NCBI GenBank assembly: GCA_963682105.1
Contig: OY821638.1
Location: 1,813,245 to 1,877,244 of the forward strand
Direction of reading: 5' to 3'
Length of the DNA: 64,000 bases
Source of the DNA: Smithellaceae bacterium
Lineage (GTDB): Bacteria; Desulfobacterota; Syntrophia; Syntrophales; Smithellaceae
Shown here: positions 1 through 9,800 of the stretch, piece after piece
Position numbering within the stretch: position 1 is the stretch's first letter
How the letters are laid out: the number at the start of each line of letters is the position of its first letter
Notes under the pieces: generated by a model
What the model was told of the DNA's origin: nothing
The model's input: only the letters and a program-made list of their open reading frames with translations
The model's database searches: none
Translations under genes and position numbers: made by a program

Positions 1-526
1 GCGTGCGGACGATCCGCTTGAGATGCGAGGAGCATTTCTTATAAAGCGCCGAGCCATCCGAGCTAAGCTCCAGAAACGTGGCAATCAGCCCCGGAAAAAG
101 GGAAAGATTTCTGTTCAGGTGCTCATTGCTGTGCGTGATGACGGCATCCATGTAGTCGAACAGATAGGCGCTTGCACTGTCCTTGATATCTTCGGAGGCG
201 GATGATTTCAGAATATCGAAATACATCGTCGTCAAAATGGAAATGGCCTTCACGCCTTCGGCGTGATTATTGTAAATATAAAAATCGCCGATGGAAATGG
301 TTTTGAGCTCTTTGAGAACATAGTCCCAGTTGACGTAGGGATGATTCAACTCCGTGAGCAACTCCCGCGTCTTTTTCTGCAGCCCGTAATGGTCTTTTAC
401 AATCTGTAAAAGCGGCGCATACTGCGGCGGAATCAGAACTTCCACCGCCGTCCTTTCCAGATTGACTTTTAATGCCGTAGACGCCCACTGCGAATTTGTT
501 TCGGCGGGCTTTGATTTTGTCGTCAT
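1..526 (-). CDS. hypothetical protein, N-terminal 175 codons (gene continues past the left edge)
   Basis: Absent from the ORF track because it has no stop in the window. ATG at 526-524, frame open down to position 2 (MTTKSKPAETNSQWAS...YKKCSSHLKRIVRT). The listed ORFs 23..205(+) and 267..533(-) are other frames of the same DNA and look spurious. Confidence 0.5.
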   Translation of the reverse strand, partial: MTTKSKPAETNSQWASTALKVNLERTAVEVLIPPQYAPLLQIVKDHYGLQKKTRELLTELNHPYVNWDYVLKELKTISIGDFYIYNNHAEGVKAISILTTMYFDILKSSASEDIKDSASAYLFDYMDAVITHSNEHLNRNLSLFPGLIATFLELSSDGSALYKKCSSHLKRIVRT

Positions 527-627
527 GGATCATTCACTTTCATTAAATCAGTAAGATCATCGGATGCAGGATCGAAATACTTTATTGCTTTTGATACCGC
601 CGGAGCCCGGCCTGTTCTTTCGGCCGC

Positions 628-750
628 TTACTTTTCTTTCGGGGAACGTTTCTCCAGCAGCACGACGATCAGATGAATCATACCGGCGCAGAAAAACGCA
701 ATGATAATCATCAAAACATACGTCACAAACGCCGCGGTCCATCCGCTCAT
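628..750 (-). CDS. possible 40-aa single-pass membrane peptide downstream of the decarboxylase beta subunit
   Basis: ATG 750-748, TAA 630-628. MSGWTAAFVTYVLMIIIAFFCAGMIHLIVVLLEKRSPKEK is one hydrophobic helix plus a basic tail. GAGAGGA SD-like motif 5 nt upstream; 17 nt after the stop of 768..2021. Below the ORF-track size cutoff. Confidence 0.35.
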   Translation of the reverse strand: MSGWTAAFVTYVLMIIIAFFCAGMIHLIVVLLEKRSPKEK

Positions 751-767
751 GGGGATCCTCTCTAAGT

Positions 768-2021
768 CTATTTTGCAAACAGGCTGCAATAAATGCCTGC
801 AATAATCGCCGTCGTAATCACGCCGCTGACATTCGCCCCCAGCGCTTCCGGCAGAATAATAACCTTCTTATCGGCCTGACTCACCAGTTTCTGAGCCACT
901 TTGGCCGTCGTCGGCACACAGCTTACGCCGGCAATGCCGATGGCGGGATTATATTTTCCGCCCGAGATAAAATACAGAACATAGCCCGCCCCGATCCCGC
1001 CGATGCCCGAAATGAGCAGCGACAGAATCCCCAGAAGCAGCAGGGGCAGAATTTTCGGGTCCATAATCGTATTGGCGTCGCACAAAGCCCCCAGCACAAT
1101 GCCTAAAAACATTGTGGACAAGTAAAGGACCGGTCCCTGCAACAGATTAATATATTCTTTAATGCCCGATTCCCGAATCACCACACCGAAGAACAGGCAG
1201 AAAAACAAAGGCGCGGCCACCGGCAGCAGAAAAGACAAAAAGACGCAGGCCGCCACGGCAAAAAGCATCTTCTCCCCGGATGTAATATTTCGCTTCCTCC
1301 TGGGGGGTGCGGGTTTGATGGCCATCAGCCTTTTGGGCACCAGCAGTTTGACCAGATACGGATAACCACCATAGGCGAAGCCCAGGTAAAGATAGGCAAT
1401 TACGGCAATCGGCACGAACAGTTCCGGCGCCAGAAGCAAAGACGTAAAAAGCACCATCGGCCCGTCCGCCCCGCCAACAATGGCAATGGCGGCCGCCTGT
1501 TTGGCCGAATAGCCGAAATACTGGGCGATGGGCAGTGTGATGATGGTTCCCAGCTCCGCACAGACGGCAATAAACATGCTCTGAAACGGACGGGCCATCA
1601 CATAGCCGACATCCAGAAGCGCGCCGATGCCCATGAACACGAGGCAGGCGATCAACCCGTTGCTGAACGTATACGTATAAATCGGCTGAAGCCAGTCGAT
1701 CTGTAAAACAGTCATCAGCTCCGCGGCGTTTTTAACGGCGTCCGCAGTTGCGCCCGCCTGCGCTTCGACAAAAAGAGTTCCCATACCGCCGTGCAGATTC
1801 AGCGGATCAAAAAACATGATGGCCGCATTCACCGTCGCCATGCCCAGTCCCATGGGAATCATGAGCAACGCTTCCAGAATCCCTTTTTTCCCGAGATATA
1901 TCAACAGAAGACCAAAGACGATGAGAACAATCCGGGCAACCGCAATTTTAGGATTTGTGGAAAATGATTCCGCCAGCGTTGTGATTCCCTGGAAAATGTT
2001 CATCACAGAATCCCACGACAT
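768..2021 (-). CDS. sodium ion-translocating decarboxylase beta subunit (OadB/GcdB/MmdB family)
   Basis: 417-aa polytopic membrane protein. The whole-length pattern (LIYLGKKGILEALLMIPMGLGM..., GADGPMV, IAGVSCVPTTAK) is typical of the Na+-pumping beta subunit of biotin decarboxylases. Confidence 0.8.
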   Translation of the reverse strand: MSWDSVMNIFQGITTLAESFSTNPKIAVARIVLIVFGLLLIYLGKKGILEALLMIPMGLGMATVNAAIMFFDPLNLHGGMGTLFVEAQAGATADAVKNAAELMTVLQIDWLQPIYTYTFSNGLIACLVFMGIGALLDVGYVMARPFQSMFIAVCAELGTIITLPIAQYFGYSAKQAAAIAIVGGADGPMVLFTSLLLAPELFVPIAVIAYLYLGFAYGGYPYLVKLLVPKRLMAIKPAPPRRKRNITSGEKMLFAVAACVFLSFLLPVAAPLFFCLFFGVVIRESGIKEYINLLQGPVLYLSTMFLGIVLGALCDANTIMDPKILPLLLLGILSLLISGIGGIGAGYVLYFISGGKYNPAIGIAGVSCVPTTAKVAQKLVSQADKKVIILPEALGANVSGVITTAIIAGIYCSLFAK

Positions 2022-2186
2022 CCGTTTTTTCTCCTGTTTTTATTGTGAAAAAATCTCAACTCCGGCCTTCACTTCTTCTTTATTTTTTAACATACCGCTT
2101 TTTATGAAGTCAAACGATCTTTTGGCGGTTTTCCCCCAACTCCGCGTCGAATGCGACCGGACTTGACCGCCCCCGGTGATTGATGT

Positions 2187-3128
2187 ATGGATGTCCCCAG
2201 AAAGGGATTTGGTTTTTTCATGGATTATCAAGGCGTCAGCGACGTTCAACAAAGACTCGAACAGTCCGGCTACATTCCCTCCAAAGAAATCGCCACCGTC
2301 GTGTTTCTGGCCCAGGCAACCCGGAAACCCGTTTTAATCGAAGGTCCGGCGGGTGTGGGAAAAACGGAACTGGCCAAGGCGGTGGCCCGCAGCCTCAACC
2401 GGGAACTTATCCGTCTTCAATGCTACGAAGGGCTTGATGAAGCCAAAGCCCTTTATGAATGGGAATACGCCAAGCAACTGTTGTACACCCAGATGGTGAA
2501 GGACCGCATCAATGACATCATCGGCGCCACGGCGACGCTTACCGAGGCGGTCGATCAGATTGCCGCGCAGGAAGACGCTTTCTTTTCCGACCGTTTCATT
2601 CAGCCGCGGCCGCTCCTGCAGGCCATCAGTTCGGAGGAAGCCGTGGTGCTTCTGCTGGATGAGGTGGACAAATCCGATCCCGAATTCGAGGCGTTTCTGC
2701 TGGAACTGCTCTCCGACTTCCAGGTCTCCATTCCGGAACTGGGAACACGCCGCGCCATTCAAATTCCGTTTGTATTTCTGACGTCGAACAACTACCGCGA
2801 CATGAGCGACGCGCTCAAAAGACGTTGTGTGCACCTGTACATCGACTATCCGGCGCGCGACACCGAAATCGCTATCATCCGGCTGAAGATTCCCGCCATT
2901 GAAGAAAAACTATGCGCGACGCTGGTGGATTCGATCCGCAAAATCCGCGCGCTTGATCTTAAGAAAAGTCCCAGCATTTCGGAAACGCTCGACTGGGCCC
3001 AATCGCTTCTGGCGCTGCAAATCTCCGAACTTTCGCCTGAGGTGATTTCCGAAACGCTCAACGTCATCTGCAAATATCAGGCGGATCTGGAGAAAGTTCG
3101 CAAAAACCTGGATCGGGTCATGCCCTGA
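2187..3128 (+). CDS. MoxR-like AAA+ ATPase (CoxD-like)
   Basis: Walker A GPAGVGKTE, Walker B LLLDEVDK, and the LQCYEGLDEAKALYEWEYAKQLLY block typical of the CoxD/MoxR subfamily. Start may be the internal ATG at 2220 (MDYQGV...). Confidence 0.8.
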   Translation: MDVPRKGFGFFMDYQGVSDVQQRLEQSGYIPSKEIATVVFLAQATRKPVLIEGPAGVGKTELAKAVARSLNRELIRLQCYEGLDEAKALYEWEYAKQLLYTQMVKDRINDIIGATATLTEAVDQIAAQEDAFFSDRFIQPRPLLQAISSEEAVVLLLDEVDKSDPEFEAFLLELLSDFQVSIPELGTRRAIQIPFVFLTSNNYRDMSDALKRRCVHLYIDYPARDTEIAIIRLKIPAIEEKLCATLVDSIRKIRALDLKKSPSISETLDWAQSLLALQISELSPEVISETLNVICKYQADLEKVRKNLDRVMP

Positions 3129-3159
3129 TCAGGACGCATGACCCGTTTTGCGGTGATCT

Positions 3160-4545
3160 ATGGTTAAGCTGATTCAACAATTCGTTTCCTGCTGCCGCGC
3201 GGCGGGCCTGCGTGTCTCCACATCCGAAGTGCTCGACAGCCTTCGGCATCTCCAATTGATCGACCCGACCGACGAAGTCCAGTTTCAATCGCTCCTGCGA
3301 GCCAACTTCGCAAAAAGCCTCAAAGACATGCAGCACTTTGACCGCCTCTATCATCTTTTCTTTCATGAAATGCGCCTCAACGCCGGCGACATGCAAAAAG
3401 CCGCTTCGCAGGCCGACCTCATCCGCAAGGCCGTCCGCAACCTGAAAGAGCGGCCGCACGACAATCCCGTCTACGATGCGGTGATGGAGTTCCTCGGAGG
3501 CAATCCTCTGCCGCTTCTCGCCGAGATGCGCCGCATCCACCAGGAATCGGATGATTCCAGCGCCCCGACGCGCTTCAATTTCGGACCGCTGGCCAGCCGC
3601 TTCAATGTGCTGATTCAGATCACAACAGCGGCAGGCGCCGCCGCCGCCTTGATCGAAGAGAATGACTTCAAGCTGGAGACTCAGGCCAGTCGCAATCTGG
3701 CGGCGCATTTTGAGGAGCGCCTGCAAGCGGCCCGTTCCATTTTAATGTACGAGCCGCGGCCGGGCGACGCCGGCACGAAGAAAGTCAAAACCTACGAGCA
3801 GCACGCCCGCGACCTGGGCGAAAAAGCGTTTTCCTCCTTCACGCACGAAGAAATCGAAGAAATGCGCGAAGCCGTGGACAAACTGGTGCGCAAGCTCAAA
3901 AACATCATCAGCCGCCGTTGGGCCGTTCGTGACCGCGGCGCCCTGGACGTTAAAAAAACGCTGCGCTATGCGGCCAAATACGGCGGCGTCCCGCTGGACG
4001 TCCAGTACCGCCGCAAGTCCCTGCGCAAAAGCAAAATCGTCACGCTGTGCGATGTCTCCAGTTCCGTCTGGGCGGCCGCCCGCTTCATGCTCAATCTGCT
4101 GTACTCGCTTCAGGACTGTTTTGACAAAGTCAACAGCTTTGTGTTCATCAACCAGTTGACGGACGTCACGTCCGTCTTTGAAGAAAACGATATCTCCGAA
4201 GCGATCCGCATCGTCATGGAAGACTCCGGCGTCGGCTATTCCGCGCCGACGGATTACGGCGAAACCTTCCGCAATTTCAAAAAAGACTACATGGACCTTT
4301 TAACCAAAAAGACAACGCTCATCATCGTCGGCGACGGCAGGTCCAATTACATGAACCCCGAAGACGCCATTTTAGGGCAAATGCGCGAACGGTGCCGCCG
4401 CGTCATCTGGCTGAATCCCGAACCGGAAAATCTCTGGGGCACAGGCGACAGTGAGATTCGAGCCTACACACACCACTGTCACGAAATCCGTCCCTGCCGA
4501 AACATCAATCAACTGCTCACCTTTATCAAAGAGCTGGTTTTATAA
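3160..4545 (+). CDS. VWA domain-containing protein, CoxE-like
   Basis: 461 aa. C-terminal VWA/MIDAS-like block (IVTLCDVSSSV ... LIIVGDGRSN ... WLNPEP) is typical of the COG3552 CoxE family. Directly follows its MoxR partner. Confidence 0.75.
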   Translation: MVKLIQQFVSCCRAAGLRVSTSEVLDSLRHLQLIDPTDEVQFQSLLRANFAKSLKDMQHFDRLYHLFFHEMRLNAGDMQKAASQADLIRKAVRNLKERPHDNPVYDAVMEFLGGNPLPLLAEMRRIHQESDDSSAPTRFNFGPLASRFNVLIQITTAAGAAAALIEENDFKLETQASRNLAAHFEERLQAARSILMYEPRPGDAGTKKVKTYEQHARDLGEKAFSSFTHEEIEEMREAVDKLVRKLKNIISRRWAVRDRGALDVKKTLRYAAKYGGVPLDVQYRRKSLRKSKIVTLCDVSSSVWAAARFMLNLLYSLQDCFDKVNSFVFINQLTDVTSVFEENDISEAIRIVMEDSGVGYSAPTDYGETFRNFKKDYMDLLTKKTTLIIVGDGRSNYMNPEDAILGQMRERCRRVIWLNPEPENLWGTGDSEIRAYTHHCHEIRPCRNINQLLTFIKELVL

Positions 4546-4567
4546 ATATCAAAGGAGGAAGACGCCC

Positions 4568-5665
4568 ATGCAGACGCGTATCGCAGACTTCGCCGCAAGG
4601 CACGTGGCGCCCCGGCCGGATTTGCTGATGGTTGAGGACTTTCCCGTCGATGTCTGGCGGGAAATGGGGAAGGCCGGCTTATTTAAAATCGGCATCTCTG
4701 AAATGTATGGCGGCTCAGGCGGCGGGTATCCGGAACTGGTTGAGGCCGGAGAGACGTTTGTCAAATACGGTTTCAACCTGGGTCTGGCCTTCTCCTGGGC
4801 TTATCAGCAAATCGTCGTCCGTTACATCATCGACCTGTTTGGCTCGCCGGAATTCAAACGGCGACGGCTGCCCGAGCTTGCAGCGGGAGAAATCACCCTT
4901 TCTTTCGCCGTCTCCGAACCGGGACACGGCGCGCACCCCAAACTGCTTAAAACCCGTGCAGTCCGACACGACCATTCCTTCATTCTTGACGGTGAAAAAA
5001 CCTACCTGACCAACGGCCCCATTGCCGACATCTTTATCGTGGTCGCCGTCACCGATGACACGGCCCCGCGAAGGCGTTTTACGGCTTTCCTCGTTGACCG
5101 CCACATTCAGGGCGTCACGCTCATGCCGCCCATGGCGATGAATTTTCTGAAAACGTCACCGCATGGCGGGATCGTGCTCAATTCCTGTATTTTGCCCCCT
5201 GAAGCTATTCTGGGAACGGAAGGAAACGCCTGGACGGAGATGGTTGTTCCCATGGGAGAGATAGAAGACATTGTGATGATGGGCCCCGTCCTGGGCGGCA
5301 TGGAAGCGCAGTTGGACATGCTGATTTCATCGCTTGCAACGTCCGCCGCCACGGCTGAGCGCGAACTGCACAGCGACATCGGCAATCTTCACGCGCTCCT
5401 GCAAACGCTGCGGATGATCGCTATGGATGCGGCCGTCCGTCTGGAAAAAACGGGCGCAGCGTCCACGCCTGCAGGGATCACCTTTGCCCGGCTGACATCC
5501 GATTTCCAAAACGTCCTGGCGCAATGTCTTGCCCGCTGGCAGGTAAAATTGCCGGACGAGCACGGCATCCTGCAGCAGGATATGGAATTCTTGGGTAAGC
5601 TTCGAAAAAGGCTCATGCAGATCCGGCAGGAAAAAATCGGTGCAGCATTATTGAAATCCAAATAA
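4568..5665 (+). CDS. acyl-CoA dehydrogenase family protein (divergent C-terminal domain)
   Basis: ATG at 4568 preceded by AAAGGAGGA. The track ORF starts at 4451 but overlaps the VWA gene. N-terminal and middle ACAD domains are recognisable (FAVSEPGHGAHP, DGEKTYLTNGPIADIF). The C-terminal part is poorly conserved. Confidence 0.7.
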   Translation: MQTRIADFAARHVAPRPDLLMVEDFPVDVWREMGKAGLFKIGISEMYGGSGGGYPELVEAGETFVKYGFNLGLAFSWAYQQIVVRYIIDLFGSPEFKRRRLPELAAGEITLSFAVSEPGHGAHPKLLKTRAVRHDHSFILDGEKTYLTNGPIADIFIVVAVTDDTAPRRRFTAFLVDRHIQGVTLMPPMAMNFLKTSPHGGIVLNSCILPPEAILGTEGNAWTEMVVPMGEIEDIVMMGPVLGGMEAQLDMLISSLATSAATAERELHSDIGNLHALLQTLRMIAMDAAVRLEKTGAASTPAGITFARLTSDFQNVLAQCLARWQVKLPDEHGILQQDMEFLGKLRKRLMQIRQEKIGAALLKSK

Positions 5666-5876
5666 GAAACGGTAAACGGTTCCGCCACCCGCAGGGGTGG
5701 TTTCAAACTGCGTAAGGAACGGTTTCAAACCGTTCCCTACTATGCGTTTTCCACCTCCGGCGCTTCGCGCCACCTCCGCCGGCGGAGGATATTTTTCGTC
5801 TCGATACTTGGACCTTGGACCTTGGACCTTGTTCCTTAATTCCATCCACTATCTACGAGCTATAAACCACGAGCCA
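5666..5876. repeat. mosaic intergenic repeat cluster (hairpin module, CCTCCGCC/GGCGGAGG palindrome, CCTTGRA heptamers, CTACGAGC module)
   Basis: Shares long near-identical stretches with 15240-15717, 16731-16980, 25735-26300 (inverted), 26700-26830 (inverted) and 44888-45254. Confidence 0.9.
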
Positions 5877-6623
5877 TCACCCTCCGGTGTACAAATTCAT
5901 GATTTTCAGTTTTTCAATCATAAACTCGCGCACCATCTGCGCGGTTTCTTCCGGCGTCATGTTTGCAAACGCCGAATACGGGATCTCTTCAAATATTTTA
6001 ATGAAGATTTTATGCACGCCGGTATAGTCCAGGCTGTATTTGGGCAATGCCTTATTGGTTCCGCTTATGACCACCGGCAGAATCGGCGCTTTTTTCTTGT
6101 GCGCCAACTGGAAGGCGCCCAGCTTGAAAGCTTTGATTTGACCATCCGGAGAACGGGTGCCTTCCGGAAACATAAAAATGGAACTGCCCTCGTCCAGATG
6201 CACTTCGCACTCGTCAAGCATTTGCTCGATGCTGGTCCGGTCGCCCCGCTTGAGTCTTACGTAACGGTTGAGCATCATGTTCCAGCCGATCAGCGGCAGA
6301 TGGAATATTTCCGTTTTGGAAACCCACTTATAATGAAAAAAAAGGCGAAAGGCCACCAGGATATCGAGCTGCGACTGGTGATTGGATACCACCATGTAAG
6401 CTGCGTCTTTTCTGACATTTTCGCGCCCTTCAATCCGAATCCGCCAGGACGGCATCATCCATGTATAAAGGGAAGCCCAAAAGCATGTAAACAAATGCAG
6501 GAAACGCAGACGCCGGTCAAACGGATATGTAATCAGGCGAATGGTCAAGGCGATGACATACAAAGGAACAGACGTGACAGCGATGATGACTATAAAACCA
6601 TAACCAACTAATCTGTTTAACAT
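5877..6623 (-). CDS. lysophospholipid / 1-acyl-sn-glycerol-3-phosphate acyltransferase (PlsC family)
   Basis: HX4D motif (NHQSQLD), FPEGTRS motif, N-terminal hydrophobic anchor. Confidence 0.8.
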   Translation of the reverse strand: MLNRLVGYGFIVIIAVTSVPLYVIALTIRLITYPFDRRLRFLHLFTCFWASLYTWMMPSWRIRIEGRENVRKDAAYMVVSNHQSQLDILVAFRLFFHYKWVSKTEIFHLPLIGWNMMLNRYVRLKRGDRTSIEQMLDECEVHLDEGSSIFMFPEGTRSPDGQIKAFKLGAFQLAHKKKAPILPVVISGTNKALPKYSLDYTGVHKIFIKIFEEIPYSAFANMTPEETAQMVREFMIEKLKIMNLYTGG

Positions 6624-6860
6624 ATTTATAATATTCCTTCATTTAAGACATTTTCAATCATATACAACTATAGAAAGAAGCCATGCCCATGTCAATACCA
6701 TTCCTCTTCCATATACAGGTTCCGGACGCAGCCGGCGGGTTACGAATTTGTTTTGAAAATGATGAATGAGCTTGACAGGCAATAACTATCCTAATATAAA
6801 AGCGAAACATTATTTTGGATGAATGAATGGCAGAATCCTCGTGTGCGTTGCTGCAACTAA

Positions 6861-9800
6861 TTGTCGTACGGAAGCGATAAGGTTATGGTCTCCCAATCGG
6901 AAAAATCTCGTATTCAGGCGATGATTTCATCGCTCTCAAAAATCCTGGCAGGCGAAAATTCAACGGCATTGGCAGTCTCTTCAAAAAACGATGAGCTGGA
7001 CATACTTGCCCGGACCATCAACGCCCTTCTTCAAAAAAACGAAAGATCCGTTTCCGTCATCCCAAAAGACGCAACAAGAATTGTCGTATCCAATGAAAAC
7101 GAGAAGCATTATCTGCAAATTCTGGACAGAATGCAGGAGTCATATTTTGAAACAGATCTCGCGGGGAATTTTATTTTCTTCAACGAACGCCTCTTAAAGG
7201 CGCTCAATTATACCGCCGCTGAATTCCGGGGCATGAATTTCCGGAAAATTCTCGCCCCGGAGCATATTCGAAAAACTTATAAAACCTTTCGCAATCTGTT
7301 TCTCACCGGAGAGCCTGTTCACGGTTTCGAATGGCGGATTGTCAAGAAGGACGGCGTAAAAATGGACATTGAAACGTCCGCCGCCCTTTTGTACGGTCCG
7401 GACGGAAAGCCAGCCGGTTTTTACGGCATTTCCCATAACATCACACAGCGCAAGCAAACGGATCGGCAACTGAAAGCCAGCGAAGAACGTTACCGTGATA
7501 TTGTCTACAGTATCGAAGAGACTTATTTTGAGGCGGATTTGCGGGGCAATCTCCTGTTTGTCAACGACTCGTCCCCCCGTGATCTGCAGTATTCACTCGA
7601 AGAGCTCCAGTCAAAAAATTTCCGGATATTCACCGATGAAGAAAACGCAAAGAAAGTATACAACGCGTTCCATCAGGTCTATCTGACCGGCAAACCGTTG
7701 AAGGCCCTGGAATGGAAAATCTTCCGCAAAGACGGTCATGTGCTGGACGTCGAGTCTTCCGTCACGCTGATGCTGAATGACGAAGGCCGCCCGTGCGGCT
7801 TCCGGGGAATTACGCGTGACGTCAGCCAGAGAAAGGAAACGGAAAAACGTCTTCGCCTGATTACCGAAAATATTCGCGACGTCATCTGGACGCGCGACTT
7901 TGACTTGAACCTGACTTACATCAGTCCGTCTATTTACCGCATGACCGGATTCACAACGGAAGAGGTCCTGGCCGCCCAAACCGGGCATTTTTCAATTTCT
8001 GCGGACCTTAATTCCCTCAAGCAACAATTGGAAGAGAAACTCGCATATGGGAAAGCCCATCCTTTTGAAAAAAGCGGTCCCATGAGCCTGGAAACTCAGA
8101 TTAAGTGCAAAGACGGCGTCATCATCTGGGTGGAAGTCAACGCAAGCTTCAACCGGGATGAAAGGGGGATGCCTTTTGAGATCATCGGCGTAACCCGCGA
8201 AATCACCGAACGCAAAAAGGCCGAAGAGATTTTCAAGGAAAGCGAAAAGCGTTACCGGATGATCGTGGAAAACATGCACGACTCCATCGCAACGCTGGAT
8301 CTGAATTTCAAACCTACTTACGTGAGTCCGTCGGAAATTCACACATCCGGTTATACCGCGGAAGAAGCCCTGCAACTGGAACCGGAACAACTGCTCACGC
8401 CGCAATCGCGGGAATTCGTAAGAAAGGTCATCGCCGACGAGTTTGAAAAAGAGTTCAGCGGCCGGCCGGTTGATCCCCACCGCGTTGTGACGATGGAAAT
8501 GGAGATTTACCACAAAAACGGCTCCACCGCCTGGAATGAGGTTCAGGCCTCCTTCAACCGGGATGAAAACGGCAAACCGGTAGGAATCATGCTGGTCAGC
8601 CGCGACATCACGGAACGTAAAAAGATGGAAGGAATTCTCCGTGAAAGTGAAAAACGTTACCGGATGATTGTCGAAAATATGCACGACACCATCTGGACCA
8701 TGGACATGGATCTTCATTATACATATCAGAGTCCGTCGGAAATTCGCGTGACCGGCTACACGCCGGAAGAAATCATGCATATCCCCATTGATAAAATGCT
8801 CACACCGGAATCCTTCGCTCAGGTCTCGCAGATGTTTGCCCAAGAACTTGAAAAAGAATTCAGCGGTGAGCCGGTTGATCCCACCCGTTCCCGAACCATT
8901 GAACTGGAAATGCATCATAAAAAAGGGCACACCATCTGGCAGGAAATCTCCGCCTCCTTCAACCGGGATGAAAACGGCAAACCGGTTGAAATCATGCTGG
9001 TCGGCCGCGACATTACCGAACGCAAAAAGATGGAAGAAGCTCTGAAGGAAAGCGAAAAACGCTATCGGATGATTGTCGAAAACATGCAGGATACCATCTC
9101 CATCCTGGACATGAATTTGAATTATGTTTATCAGAGTCCGTCGGAAATCCGCATTACGGGATACACGCCGGAAGAAATCGTGAAAATCCCGATCGAACGG
9201 CAGGTGACGCCGGAATCCCTCGAAAAGGGACTGAATATCCTTTTTGAAGAACTGGGAAAGGAGTTCAGCGACACCCCCGTCGATCCCCACCGTTCGATTG
9301 TCTTTGAAGTCGAATCATACCACAAAGGCGGAGGGAGCGTCTGGCTGGAAGAGACCTGCACCTTCCAGCGGGATGAAAGCGGCAAACCTGTCGGCATATT
9401 ACTGGCCGGACGAAATATCACCGAGCGCAAGAAAGCTGAGCAGGAAAGAGACAAACTGGCCGCGCAACTGCTCCATTCTCAGAAAATGGAAACCGTGGGT
9501 CGTCTGGCCGGCGGCGTCGCACACGATTTCAACAATATGCTCAATGTCATTTTAGGATACATCGATCTGGCCAAGATGCGTCTCACCATGGAGAATCCTG
9601 TCTATTCCGATCTGATTGAAATTGAAAAAGCCGCCACCCGTTCCCGGGACCTGACCGCTCAACTGCTGGCCTTTTCGCGCAAGCAGATCATCAGTCCCAA
9701 AGTGGTCAATCTCAACGAGCTGGTGGCCGAGACGCAGAAAACCATCACGCGTCTCATTGGCGAAGATATTGATTTGAAGTTTTATCCCGCAGAAAACCTG

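Noticed and set aside
2040-2252. 70-aa minus-strand ORF upstream of the decarboxylase beta gene (a candidate small subunit)
   Set aside because: It overlaps the MoxR gene start on the other strand, has no hydrophobic anchor or biotinyl motif, and has no RBS.
5697-6611. 304-aa ORF on the plus strand
   Set aside because: It starts inside the intergenic mosaic repeat and runs antisense through the PlsC-family gene, which has the HX4D and FPEGTRS motifs.
7992-9290. 432-aa ORF antisense to the histidine kinase (also 9552..9944, 10230..10640)
   Set aside because: It lies wholly inside a well-supported sense gene, has low-complexity F/H/R-rich composition, and is itself periodic only because it mirrors the PAS triplication.
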